Part shown: one piece after another, positions 41,159 through 51,246 of the stretch
Layout: each line of letters opens with the position of its first letter
Numbering within the stretch: the stretch's first letter is position 1
Assembly: GCA_052390235.1 (NCBI GenBank)
Contig: JBQTHB010000005.1
Coordinates: forward strand, 320,001 to 384,000
Length of the DNA: 64,000 bases
Direction of reading: 5' to 3'
From: Deltaproteobacteria bacterium
GTDB taxonomy: Bacteria; Desulfobacterota_D; UBA1144; Nemesobacterales; CSP1-2
Notes under the pieces: model-generated
What the model saw: only the letters and a program-made list of their open reading frames with translations
Databases searched by the model: none
What the model was told of the DNA's origin: nothing
Position numbers and translations under genes: made by a program

Positions 41159-42489
41159 TGCGGATTGTCCTCGTTGGGCTTAATTATAGAACCGCGCCCG
41201 TAGAAGTGAGGGAGCGTTTCTCGTTCTCAGACGACGCCCTTAGGGACGGGCTTAGGAGGCTCTCTGCCGGCAGGTGGGTTGACGAGTGTCTCATCCTCTC
41301 CACTTGCAACCGCGTCGAGATATACGCCGTTTCGCCGGACGCCGAGGGGTGCGTTAATGAGATAACCCAGTTTCTCTCAGAATATCACGGAGCGTCCGCC
41401 GCCGCACATTCGTTTGAATCCTACATGAGCGTCTCATTTGATGAGGGGGCGATAAACCACATACTGCGCGTCGCATCCAGCCTTGATTCAATGGTTATAG
41501 GCGAGCCGCAGATTCTGGGGCAGGTCAAAGAGGCTTATAGAATCGCAAGTTCAGCAGGCACGACAGGATTAATTTTAAACCGGCTCTTGCGCGGGGCGTT
41601 TTCAGTGGCAAAGCGGGTGCGCGCCGAGACTAAGATAGGCTCTCAGGCGGTGTCCGTGAGCTACGCCGCGGTTCAGCTTGCAAAGAGGATTTTCGACGAC
41701 CTGTCTAAGAGGTCTGTAATGCTCGTCGGCGCGGGCGATATGGCTGAACTCGCCCTCAAGCACATAGCCAAAGAGGGGATACGGGAGCTTATCGTTGCAA
41801 ACCGTACCCTTGAGAGCGCCTCTGCCCTCGCTCACAGATACGGCGGCAGGGCGATTAAAATGGAAGAAATCCACTACTCGCTCAAGGACACTGACATTCT
41901 CATTGCCGCGACTGGTTCTATGGATTTTGTGATAAAGCCTCAGCACGTGCGAGAAGCCCTCACGCTCAGGAGAAACGAGCCTGTATTTATGATAGATATA
42001 GCCGTTCCCCGCGACATTGACCCACGAGTCGGAGAAATCCCCAACATCTATCTCTACGACATAGACGACCTCGAAGCGGTCATGGAAGAGAATATGAAAA
42101 CACGGCGCAAACACGCCGAACGCGCTGAGGAAATAGTCCGCGAAGGGGAGAAGAATTTTCGCTCTTGGCTTGACGGGCTTAGGGTTGTTCCGGCTATAAT
42201 TTCGCTGAGGAGCAGATTCGAGGAGATTCAAAAAATCGAACTGGGCAAGGCGATACGCAGGCTTCAGGGGCTGTCCGAGGGCGAGAGACGCGCCGTTGAA
42301 GCGCTTGCCTCTGGGATAGTAGCCAAAATTCTCTATAAGCCTATGACAAATTTAAAGAAAGAGTCCTCGTCCTCGCTCGGCGCCCTCTACGTTGACACGC
42401 TAAAGAGGCTGTTCGAGCTTGAAGGGGACGTTAACCTGCCGGAAGAAAATGACTCTGACAACGAGCCGAACGCTAAGAATTGGGACTAG
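41155..42489 (+). CDS. hemA: Glutamyl-tRNA reductase
   Basis: LSTCNRVE, SLDSMVIGEPQILGQVK, GAGDMA, DIAVPRDI. Confidence 0.97.
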   Translation: MMRIVLVGLNYRTAPVEVRERFSFSDDALRDGLRRLSAGRWVDECLILSTCNRVEIYAVSPDAEGCVNEITQFLSEYHGASAAAHSFESYMSVSFDEGAINHILRVASSLDSMVIGEPQILGQVKEAYRIASSAGTTGLILNRLLRGAFSVAKRVRAETKIGSQAVSVSYAAVQLAKRIFDDLSKRSVMLVGAGDMAELALKHIAKEGIRELIVANRTLESASALAHRYGGRAIKMEEIHYSLKDTDILIAATGSMDFVIKPQHVREALTLRRNEPVFMIDIAVPRDIDPRVGEIPNIYLYDIDDLEAVMEENMKTRRKHAERAEEIVREGEKNFRSWLDGLRVVPAIISLRSRFEEIQKIELGKAIRRLQGLSEGERRAVEALASGIVAKILYKPMTNLKKESSSSLGALYVDTLKRLFELEGDVNLPEENDSDNEPNAKNWD

Positions 42490-43384
42490 AGGGAGCCGTC
42501 TTGCCCTTTGGCAGGCTCATTTTATCGAATCCCTCGTCCGAGCTGAATTTCCCGCACTCTCCATACAAGTATCGGTTATCCACACAACTGGGGATAAAAA
42601 CCTCGAATCGCCTCTGTCCGAAATAGGCGGCAAAGGGGTTTTCGTCAAAGAAATCGAAGAAGCCCTCCTCTCAGCCTCAATTGACATTGCCGTTCACAGC
42701 ATGAAGGACCTCCCCGCCGCGCTCCCCTTGGGGCTTGCCATCGGCGCAGTAGCCCAGAGGCGCGATGCTCGCGACGCTCTGGTGTCGAGAGGGGGTGTGA
42801 AATTCGCCGACCTTGCAAGCGGGGCAAAAATTGCCACGGGAAGCGCTCGGCGCAGGGCGCAGGCACTCGCTATTCGGCGGGACGTTGAGATTCTCCCCAT
42901 ACGCGGAAACGTTGACACTAGGCTCAGAAAACTCCACACGACGGAGGGATTCGACGCCCTCATACTTGCCTCGGCAGGGCTGGAGAGAATGGGATTCGGC
43001 GCACAAATCACGGAATTCTTCCCGGTTGAGACTTTCATTCCCGCTCCATGCCAGGGGATAGTGGCTATAGAGCAAAGGGAGGACGACGGCGATGTGTCCC
43101 AAATTTTGTCTCGAATCAACCACGAGCCGTCCTGGATTTGCGCCTCGGCGGAGAGGGCGTTTCTCGAAGCCCTCGGAGGGGGTTGCCAAGTCCCAGCCGG
43201 ATGCCACGCCTCGATTCTTCAGGGCGGAAGGATGAGAATTATCGGCGCGGTTGCCTCCCCAGACGGGGCGACGTCAGTGCGGAGGGAGGCCGAAGGGGAT
43301 GCCACGGATGCCCGCTCCTTGGGCAGAGAGCTTGCCGAATCCGTGCTGGCAGGCGGCGGCGCGCAGATTCTGGCTACCCTCTAG
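42449..43384 (+). CDS. hemC: Hydroxymethylbilane synthase
   Basis: GTRGSRLALWQ, GKGVFVKE, VHSMKD, RGNVDTRL, GGCQVP. Confidence 0.97.
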   Translation: MTLTTSRTLRIGTRGSRLALWQAHFIESLVRAEFPALSIQVSVIHTTGDKNLESPLSEIGGKGVFVKEIEEALLSASIDIAVHSMKDLPAALPLGLAIGAVAQRRDARDALVSRGGVKFADLASGAKIATGSARRRAQALAIRRDVEILPIRGNVDTRLRKLHTTEGFDALILASAGLERMGFGAQITEFFPVETFIPAPCQGIVAIEQREDDGDVSQILSRINHEPSWICASAERAFLEALGGGCQVPAGCHASILQGGRMRIIGAVASPDGATSVRREAEGDATDARSLGRELAESVLAGGGAQILATL

Positions 43385-43588
43385 CTCACAGCGGCGGCTC
43401 GTGATTCGGAAACGCAGATGCTTGAGCTAAAAATGAATGGAATAAATCCAGAAATTCTCGATTCGCCGGTGTTGGCATAAGCCTAATCCCTCGCCTGTCT
43501 CTGTCCGATGGACAAGAGCCGCAGACGCCTCTGGGTCGCCCAATTCCCCTCGGTTTAAACTTGCTCTCTTATCTTTATCGTGTCATGA

Positions 43589-44440
43589 TTGATGAGAGCT
43601 ATGGAAAAACACCCCCTTTCAATGGCTGTCGAAGAGGTTGCGTTTGCGTTTCTGGACGTTGAAACCACAGGGCTAGACCCATATTCGGGCGACAGAATCT
43701 GCGAAATCGCCATGCTCAAAACCAGGGGCGCAAAAGTCATAGACACCTTCGAGACCCTCGTTAATCCCGGTAGAGCGATGCCTCCGAGAGCCGTATCGGT
43801 AAACGGCATAACCGATGCCATGATACGCAGTTCTCCGTTCTTTAGGGATGTCGCCAAAGACGTGCAGAATTTCCTTTCGGATACCGTGATTGTGGCTCAT
43901 AACGCCTCGTTCGACTTGGGCTTTGTATCAGCGGAATTTGCCAATCTCAGGATTCCTCCCCCTGCTAATGAAATAATTGACACGCTGGGCATAGCTAGGC
44001 GGTATTACAATTTCCCAAGCAACGGTCTGGGCAAAATAGCGAGGCATCTGGGAATCCCAATTGCCTCGGAACACAGGGCACTCTCAGACGCGGGGCTGAC
44101 CAAGGACATTTTCGACTATTTTATTCTGGATTTGAGGAGAAGAGGGATGCGCATCAGCCGTCTCAAAGACGCGCTGAAGCTCCACGGCAAATATGTTGAT
44201 TTGGAAAAATCAAACGCCCTGGTGATTCCGCCGGACATTGAACACGCCCTGCGGCTTCGGCGAAAGGTGCAGATAAAATATCTATCAGCTTACGCTGAAG
44301 ATACCACGACTAGGGTGATTGAGCCTCAGGAACTGAAACTGAGCGGAAGCTACACCTATGTGGTGGCGTTCTGCCACCTCAGAAAAGAGAGGTGTAGCTT
44401 CAGGCTCGACCGCATTCTCGAGGTAAAATGCGTGTCCTAG
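43589..44440 (+). CDS. DEDDh 3'-5' exonuclease (DnaQ-like) fused to C-terminal WYL domain
   Basis: DVETTGL, HNASFD, HRALSDA; C-terminus QIKY..RVIEP..YVVAFCHLR..SFRLDRI. Confidence 0.88.
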   Translation: MMRAMEKHPLSMAVEEVAFAFLDVETTGLDPYSGDRICEIAMLKTRGAKVIDTFETLVNPGRAMPPRAVSVNGITDAMIRSSPFFRDVAKDVQNFLSDTVIVAHNASFDLGFVSAEFANLRIPPPANEIIDTLGIARRYYNFPSNGLGKIARHLGIPIASEHRALSDAGLTKDIFDYFILDLRRRGMRISRLKDALKLHGKYVDLEKSNALVIPPDIEHALRLRRKVQIKYLSAYAEDTTTRVIEPQELKLSGSYTYVVAFCHLRKERCSFRLDRILEVKCVS

Positions 44441-44450
44441 ACTGTAAATA

Positions 44451-44738
44451 CTACTGCGCCGGGGCTTCTTGTGGCATCTCTCCTTCAGGAGCGGGACTTG
44501 CCGCCGGAGCCTGCGCCGCCGCAATTTGAGTTTTTAATTGCTCGTTCTCGGCTTTTACGGCATCCACCTCGGTCATAAGCTCGGTTATCTTAGTCTCAAG
44601 GTCGGTTTTATCCTTTGCGAGCTGCTCGACCTCAGCCTTAACCCTCTCGTACTCCTCTTTAACCTTGCCGTCGCAACCCGACAAAGCCACAGACGCCAAT
44701 ACGAACACACCTACGAATAAAGATGTAAACCTTTTCAT
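44451..44738 (-). CDS. Small coiled-coil lipoprotein
   Basis: LSGC lipobox, heptad pattern, AGGAGG RBS. Confidence 0.75.
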   Translation of the reverse strand: MKRFTSLFVGVFVLASVALSGCDGKVKEEYERVKAEVEQLAKDKTDLETKITELMTEVDAVKAENEQLKTQIAAAQAPAASPAPEGEMPQEAPAQ

Positions 44739-44940
44739 TCTCTACTTCCTCCTTTAAAAGAGCTTAAGCCCCTTTAACGGCAGATACTCTAAATTTGGAA
44801 ATTGTAATTGTCAACAAGCCCCAACCTCGCCCGCATTTGCGCCCCGTTGCTTGCGCCTGCGAACGTTCTGGTATAATCAATCCATCTAAAATCGAGGATT
44901 TACCGAGCAGGGTAGCCTATTCCAAGGGGAGATTATTGAA

Positions 44941-45699
44941 ATGAAAATTGTGAGATTTAAAACCGGCGATGGACAAAGCCGCGTCGGAGCGCTTAAAGAC
45001 GCGCTGGCTCTTGAGATTGCGGGCGACGTTTTCGGGCGTTATGAAATTACTGATGCCTCCTACCACATCAGCCAAATCGAATTTCTGCCCCCCTGCCTGC
45101 CGTCTAAAATCGTAGCCGTCGGGCTAAATTACAGAGACCACGCCGAGGAGATGAAAAAAGCCCTTCCCGACGAGCCGCTCCTGTTTCTGAAGCCCCCCTC
45201 AGCCGCCATCGGACACGAGGGCAAGATAGTTTATCCATCCCATATGTCCTCCCGCGTGGATTACGAGGGGGAGCTTGCCGTAGTCATTAGCAGGGAAGCC
45301 AGGTGGGTCAATGAAAGCGAGGCTTTGGGCTATGTTCTCGGCTATACCTGCATCAACGACATCACTGCTAGGGATTTGCAGTCCAAAGACGTTCAATACA
45401 CCCGCGCCAAGGGTTTCGACACATTCGCCCCGATGGGGCCCTGTATCGAGACCGAAATTGACCCAGGCAATCTCGGCATCACGACAGCGCTAAACGGTGA
45501 GATTAGACAGCGCTCCCGCACGTCGAATTTGATTTTCAGCGTCCCCCGTCTCATAGCGTTCATATCGAGGGTGATGACTCTCCTTCCGGGCGATGTAATC
45601 TCCACAGGAACGCCGTCGGGCATAGGCTCGATGAAAAGCGGCGACACTGTGGAGGTGCAAATTGAGGGCATAGGGCTACTCAGAAACCGCGTGGAATAG
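44941..45699 (+). CDS. Fumarylacetoacetate hydrolase family protein
   Basis: VGLNYRDH, FLKP, DYEGEL, NDITARDLQ, KGFDTF, TGTPSG. Confidence 0.93.
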   Translation: MKIVRFKTGDGQSRVGALKDALALEIAGDVFGRYEITDASYHISQIEFLPPCLPSKIVAVGLNYRDHAEEMKKALPDEPLLFLKPPSAAIGHEGKIVYPSHMSSRVDYEGELAVVISREARWVNESEALGYVLGYTCINDITARDLQSKDVQYTRAKGFDTFAPMGPCIETEIDPGNLGITTALNGEIRQRSRTSNLIFSVPRLIAFISRVMTLLPGDVISTGTPSGIGSMKSGDTVEVQIEGIGLLRNRVE

Positions 45700-45775
45700 G
45701 GCGGATTCCCCCCACTCTAGCGCAGATTTACAAGGATTTAAATCACGCAGGCGCTATGGTATTGGTTCTATAATT

Positions 45776-45869
45776 AGATTGCTCGGTCGCATCTCCCCCT
45801 CAGAATGACAAACTCTCGCCGTTTCGAGCCTTTTGCTTTTGTTGTCATTTCGAGTGAAGCGAGAGATCT
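45776..45869. repeat. REP-like pair between convergent genes
   Basis: agattgctc..cagaatgac and gtcatttcgagtgaagcgagagatct (near-identical to 22539-22564). Confidence 0.7.
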
Positions 45870-45933
45870 ATCTAATATTTCATCTTACTGTTTTTTGTCT
45901 TCATTGGCTCCTATGCGGGCGTTTTGCTCGCCC

Positions 45934-48801
45934 TTACAAAATTCGTCCGGCTAGGATTTCGGCGATGTGTACTGGGGTTCTCTCGGTAAAATGCCCTATC
46001 TGCTCGTGGCAGGATGCGCCCGTTACGACAACTGCCGTCTCAGCGGGCGCGCTCCTCACGGCGGGAAACAGGCGGTCTTCTCCAATGGTTTTGGAGATTT
46101 CGTAATGCTCCGTCTCGTAGCCGAAACTCCCCGCCATTCCGCAGCATCCGGCTTTGCTCTCTCTCTCTCTGCATCCCGAAAGACGGAGGATTTCGACAGC
46201 CGCCTTGCCCCCCGCTATCGCCCTCTCGTGGCAGTGGGGGTGAAGCAGGACGTCCTCGCCGCCGCTTCGCCACTGTATTTTGAGATCCCCGTCCAAGTGG
46301 AGTTTATAGAGAAATTCCTGAAGTAAAAATGAATTTCGAGCTACGAGCCTAGCGTCGTCGTCCTTTGGGAGGAGGTCTAAATACTCGTCTCGAAACGCGA
46401 GGACGCAGCTTGGCTCCGTGCCAATAATGGGAACTCCCCTGCGGGCGTAGGGGGCGAGAAGACGCACATTCCTCTCAGCGTTGATACTCGCTTCCCGCGC
46501 CATCCCTTTGCTCAGCATCGCTCTCCCGCAACAGGCGCGCTGGGGGATAATTTCAACTTCAAACCCCGCCGCCTCAAGAACGCCAACCGCCGCCCTGCCG
46601 ACGCTCGGCTCATAGAAATTTGCCCAAGTGTCGTGGAAATAGATAACTCTCTCGCGCTTTGGCGCTTGATTCGCCTCGCGCCGTCCGAACCAATCGGCAA
46701 ATGTCTCATCGGCTAACCGGGGAAGCCTGCGCAGGGGGTGAATTCCGATTCCAGCCAGGGCGCGTCTTGTGATTCTGCAGTCCAGAATGAAATTAGCGAC
46801 ACGCGGCGCGAGCGATGCGATTTGCGTGATTCCATAAATCCCGCCGAAAATCCTATCTCGCAGGGGCGTTCCATGAGTCTCCCGATACCGCGATAAAACC
46901 TCGATTTTCATCTTCGCCGCATCAACCGCCGATGGGCATTCCGATTTACACGCCTTGCAGGATAGGCATAAATCGAAAACACCCCTCAGCGCATCGTCCC
47001 CATCGGGAAGCTCCCCCAATAGAGCGGCTCGAAGCGCATTCGCCCTTGCCCTTGTAGATTCGGCCTCGTCCCGCGTTGCCATGAACGAGGGACACATCGC
47101 CCCCTCGCCGAGCTTCCTGCAAATCCCCTGCCCGCTGCACATCTCCGCCGCCGCTAGAACTCCTCCGTCCGAAGTCCAATCAAGCCGCGTCTGAGTCCAG
47201 CGGGATTTAACCTCTGCCCCGAATCGCAGGTTCTCCGTAGGGGAAGGGGAGTTGACCACTTTGCCGGGATTGAGCAGTCCCGCCGGGTCAAATGCGGATT
47301 TCAGCTCTCTCATCGCTTGGTACAGGGTCTTTCCAAAGAGCTTTTCGTTTAGGTAGCCCCTTTGAAGCCCGTCGCCGTGTTCGCCGCTCATCACGCCGCC
47401 GAACCGCAGGGCGAGAGCCGCCGCCTCGTCCGTGAGCTCTCTCATAATACGAACCCCGTCCGCCGTTTTTAGATTGACGAATGGGCGGATGTGTAAGCAT
47501 CCCGCGCTTGCGTGTCCGTAGAATCCCCCTTCAGCGCCGATGCGCTGAAGCGCCGCGCGAATCTCCCGAACGTACCCCGCGAGATTTTCCACAGGTACAG
47601 AAACGTCCTCGATACAGGAGATGGGCTTTAGCTCGCCGCGTCTGCTCATCAAAAGCCCAAGCCCCGCGCGCCTCACCTCCCATACGTTTGCCTGAGCCTC
47701 AGCCGAGAGGGCAAAAGTCGTTTGGCAGGGTATTCTCTGAGATTTTAGTTGCTCGTCCAAGCGGCGGGTTTTAAGCTCGGTTTCCCGCTCCGACGCGCCG
47801 TAGAACTCCACGGCCAGGATAGCCGAGGGCGTTGCTTCGATGAATGTGAGCATCGGGGCGTATCCCGGATGATTGCGGGTGAGATTTATGAGCGTTGCGT
47901 CCATAAGCTCCAAAGCCGATGGGTTTTCCCGAAGGATATTGGGAACGGCTTCCATGGCGGCGATAATATCGCTAAATTGGAGCAGTATAAGTCCGGTGCA
48001 GTAGGGGCGCGGCACGAGCTTTAGTGTAAAATCGAGGGCGACGGCGAGAGTCCCCTCCGAGCCTGCTAGGAGCTTGGCGGGATTCATCGGATTTTCCAGC
48101 AAATATGGCAGGCTATAGCCTGAAGCCCTGCGCCAGTGCTTTGGGAAATCCGCGCGTATGGCTTCGCCGTAGCGCCCTTTGATACTCAATAAATTTCGGT
48201 AGAGCGCGCCCTTGCCGCCCTCTCGGATATATTTTTCCTTGAGGATTGGCTCGTCCCGGGCGCGCATATCGAGCAAGCTCCCGTCGGAGAGAACAACTCG
48301 CGCCGACTCCAGGTTGTCTCCCGCCATTCCGTAGAGGATTGAGTGCGCGCCGGTTGCGTTGTTGCCGATTACGCCGCCTAGAGTTGCCACGTTTGCCGTC
48401 GAGGGGTCGGGCCCAAACATGAGATTGAGGCGCTTGAGGCGGTGGTTTAGCTCTCCTAGATAAATCCCAGCCTCGGCTCTGGCGGTTTTCTCGTCGGGGT
48501 TTATTTCAATTACTCTGTTGAGGTGTTTAGAGAAATCCACGACGAGGGCATAGCCTACGGCTTGTCCTGCTAGGCTGGTGCCTCCCCCGCGCGGGAGAAC
48601 AGCCGCTCCAAAACTGCGGGCTACCTCCAATATAGCTACCACATCCTCAGGGGTTTTCGGGATGGCGACTCCCAAAGGCTCGATTTTATAATTGCTCGCG
48701 TCGGTGCTGTAGAGGGTGCGGCTCAAAGCGTCGAATCGAACCTCGCCCTCTATCTTTTTTTTTAGAGCCTCTTCGATTTCTCTTTGCGGGGACGTTTTCA
48801 A
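45934..48801 (-). CDS. FAD-binding / 4Fe-4S / CCG-domain oxidoreductase (YdiJ / D-2-hydroxyacid dehydrogenase-like)
   Basis: YSTDASNY, RGGGTSLAGQ, GHASAGCLH, GEHGDG, CLSCKACKSECP, CCGMAGSFGY. Confidence 0.9.
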   Translation of the reverse strand: MKTSPQREIEEALKKKIEGEVRFDALSRTLYSTDASNYKIEPLGVAIPKTPEDVVAILEVARSFGAAVLPRGGGTSLAGQAVGYALVVDFSKHLNRVIEINPDEKTARAEAGIYLGELNHRLKRLNLMFGPDPSTANVATLGGVIGNNATGAHSILYGMAGDNLESARVVLSDGSLLDMRARDEPILKEKYIREGGKGALYRNLLSIKGRYGEAIRADFPKHWRRASGYSLPYLLENPMNPAKLLAGSEGTLAVALDFTLKLVPRPYCTGLILLQFSDIIAAMEAVPNILRENPSALELMDATLINLTRNHPGYAPMLTFIEATPSAILAVEFYGASERETELKTRRLDEQLKSQRIPCQTTFALSAEAQANVWEVRRAGLGLLMSRRGELKPISCIEDVSVPVENLAGYVREIRAALQRIGAEGGFYGHASAGCLHIRPFVNLKTADGVRIMRELTDEAAALALRFGGVMSGEHGDGLQRGYLNEKLFGKTLYQAMRELKSAFDPAGLLNPGKVVNSPSPTENLRFGAEVKSRWTQTRLDWTSDGGVLAAAEMCSGQGICRKLGEGAMCPSFMATRDEAESTRARANALRAALLGELPDGDDALRGVFDLCLSCKACKSECPSAVDAAKMKIEVLSRYRETHGTPLRDRIFGGIYGITQIASLAPRVANFILDCRITRRALAGIGIHPLRRLPRLADETFADWFGRREANQAPKRERVIYFHDTWANFYEPSVGRAAVGVLEAAGFEVEIIPQRACCGRAMLSKGMAREASINAERNVRLLAPYARRGVPIIGTEPSCVLAFRDEYLDLLPKDDDARLVARNSFLLQEFLYKLHLDGDLKIQWRSGGEDVLLHPHCHERAIAGGKAAVEILRLSGCRERESKAGCCGMAGSFGYETEHYEISKTIGEDRLFPAVRSAPAETAVVVTGASCHEQIGHFTERTPVHIAEILAGRIL

Positions 48802-48901
48802 TTTCTCGCCTTATCGCTCGCTAATATTGAAAAATTATAACTGCCCCGCCCCCTCGGCGCTATCTCGAAGCCGCAGCGGGGCAGCGCGTCCGCCGTCCGA
48901 G

Positions 48902-48930
48902 TTGACAATCGCCCCTCGGCAAATTAGATT
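48902..48930 (+). promoter_or_regulatory. Putative promoter of the TPR gene
   Basis: TTGACA-N17-TAGATT. Confidence 0.55.
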
Positions 48931-48966
48931 TAAGTGGGAAATCCAATCGCGGGGAGCGTAAATTTA

Positions 48967-49833
48967 ATGGGAAGAGTCGAGAGACTGCTCGATAAAGCCG
49001 ATAAGTTTAAAGATGCGGGGCGTTTCGAGGAGTCTCTTGTTGAACTTAAAAAGGCCCTTAAACTCGCCCCTGACGACCCCGAAGTCCATCTGTCCTTCGC
49101 GCTCACTTATGACTGCATGGAGGAGTTCGAGCTATCTGTATTTTATTTTAAAAAAGCCCTTGACCTGTCGCCGGATGACTCCTACATCTGGACTCAGTTC
49201 GGTATAACCGTTGCCCGAATGGGAAAATACGAGGATTCGGTCTCGGTTTTTCAAAAAGCTCTGGAGCTTGAGCCTAACAGCGTTATGGCTAAGTGGAATT
49301 TGGCTCTTTCCTACAAGGCGCTAGGGTGCTACGAGGACGCTCTTGCGGAGATGGTACGGTGCATCGAGCTTGAGCCTGAGTCCGAGTACATCAAGGACGA
49401 GCTTCACTATCAGATAGGCTCTTGCTACTTCGAGATGGGCTGGACGCGTGAAGCCCTCAGACACTTCAAAAAACAGACCGAGTCTTCTCCAGAGGACGTG
49501 TGGGCGCATCTGTCAGTGGGCAACTGCTATATGGATTTCGGCTGGACGGATGAGGCAGTCAATAAGTATAGAGAAATTATCGAATCCTGCCCGGATTTTA
49601 TCCCCGCTTATAATTCTCTCGCCCTGTCGCTCGCAGAGAAAGGCTGGTATGACGAGGCGATGGATGTACTCCGGGCCGCTCTCGAAATTGCCCCTCAGGA
49701 CGAGACGGTCAAAAACAACATGGACTATATACAATCCCTGCGAGACGACGAGGACGGCTTCAAAGGGCTGATTCTCATGAGCCTTGCGCTTCAGTTGCTC
49801 AAAATCAAGCAAGCCGCAAAGAAAAGAGACTAA
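48967..49833 (+). CDS. Tetratricopeptide repeat protein
   Basis: About seven 34-aa repeats (..KKALxLxP..); GGGGAG RBS. Confidence 0.88.
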   Translation: MGRVERLLDKADKFKDAGRFEESLVELKKALKLAPDDPEVHLSFALTYDCMEEFELSVFYFKKALDLSPDDSYIWTQFGITVARMGKYEDSVSVFQKALELEPNSVMAKWNLALSYKALGCYEDALAEMVRCIELEPESEYIKDELHYQIGSCYFEMGWTREALRHFKKQTESSPEDVWAHLSVGNCYMDFGWTDEAVNKYREIIESCPDFIPAYNSLALSLAEKGWYDEAMDVLRAALEIAPQDETVKNNMDYIQSLRDDEDGFKGLILMSLALQLLKIKQAAKKRD

Positions 49834-50897
49834 TTCCTCCTCCCTATCCGGTACTCGACTTTATATATCTCAATAAAGCTCAAGAATATGACAAGCGCCA
49901 CGGGACCTAAAATTATCCCCGAAAACCCGAACGCGCTGACGCTTCCGAGAATGCTCAGAAATAGAAATAGTGTCGGCAACTCCACCCTGCCGCTTATAAT
50001 CCAAGGCTTTAGCACGTTGTCTATCGAGCCTACGACCCCGCCGCCGATGACTAACACGATTATTCCCGTGATGTAGTCTCCCGCCGCGAGCAGATATACC
50101 CCCACTGGGAGCCACACGAAAAGCGACCCGCCAAAAGGGAGCAGTGAGAATAGAGCGGTAAGCACCCCAGCCAGCACCGCGAACGAGAGTCCCAGAAGCC
50201 AGAACAGCGCCCCCATGGCAATACCCTGAATGCAAGCCGTCGCCGCAATGCCTACCACCACGGCGTTCAGGATGTCGTTGAAGCGGTCGAAAATCCTAGT
50301 TTTCTGCTCCTCTTTCATGGGAATGAGGAATTTTATCTGCTCATAGAGCTTTCTGCCGTCCCGAAAGAAGAAAAAGAGCGCGAAAGTCATTATGAAAAAA
50401 TTGAAAAGCAGGCTAGTCAGATTTTTCGCCCCCTGCTGAAGTTGGTCGAATACGTATTTGCTCGCCGTGCCGACGCTTCTTAGGACGATTTGGTCAATTC
50501 TCATCTCGCCGAGGTCGAACCTCTTTTCCGCCTCTTCGATTATCGTAACGGGGATAAGCTCCCTTGCGCGCTCAACAATGGCAGAGAAGTTGACGAGTTG
50601 AATCTTTACCCGAATCACCTGATAGACGTCGAATAGCTCTATCGCCACGGTAGTAAACACAGCGACAAGCGGAATCACCACGGCAAGTATCGTGATGACC
50701 GTCATAATGACCGATGAAATGCCGGCTCGCCCCCGCAGTAGCCTCTTCAGCCGCTCATAAACCGGATAGAGAACGAGAGCGAGGATTGCCGCCCAAAAAA
50801 GCGAGAGCGTGAAAGGTTCGAGAATCTGATAGAACAGAAACAGCAAGAACAGAAATATCCCTATGAAAAACCACGAGAAAACCTGTTTTCGGGTCAT
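49830..50897 (-). CDS. AI-2E family transporter
   Basis: FFFFRDG, LPFGGS, DNVLKP, FGFSGIILGP. Confidence 0.9.
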   Translation of the reverse strand: MTRKQVFSWFFIGIFLFLLFLFYQILEPFTLSLFWAAILALVLYPVYERLKRLLRGRAGISSVIMTVITILAVVIPLVAVFTTVAIELFDVYQVIRVKIQLVNFSAIVERARELIPVTIIEEAEKRFDLGEMRIDQIVLRSVGTASKYVFDQLQQGAKNLTSLLFNFFIMTFALFFFFRDGRKLYEQIKFLIPMKEEQKTRIFDRFNDILNAVVVGIAATACIQGIAMGALFWLLGLSFAVLAGVLTALFSLLPFGGSLFVWLPVGVYLLAAGDYITGIIVLVIGGGVVGSIDNVLKPWIISGRVELPTLFLFLSILGSVSAFGFSGIILGPVALVIFLSFIEIYKVEYRIGRRN

Positions 50898-51246
50898 ACT
50901 CTACGCGCCCTCCGTCTGGCGATGCGGCTCTTTTGGGTGAAATAATAACACGGATTTTTTCGCCGCGCGCTCGGATGTTGGCTATTCCCGCTTCCCGTAA
51001 CTTACCGACGATTCCTCCCAATTTAATTCGCTGGGGAAGTGGGAGCCGGGCGGTTCCCTCGATTTGGCGCAGTACGAGCGGCTCTAATGCGCTATCGCGT
51101 ATCTTGACTTATGAATCTCCTGCATCGCAGTGCCTGAATCCGAGCGGGGGCAAAATGTCGGCTTTTAAATTCCGCAGGTTTTTGTTAATATTGGATTCAC
51201 GCAAGTTACCGCCGCCTAAAAATTATCCCTGAGGAGATCTGCCAAT

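Noticed and set aside
44860..44868. CGAACGTTC as a LexA box
   Set aside because: Lacks the 4-nt spacer of GAAC-N4-GTTC, and no similar site was seen upstream of recN
48967..49833. TPR protein as part of a novel system
   Set aside because: Stand-alone generic TPR protein with no associated enzymatic domain or operon partner
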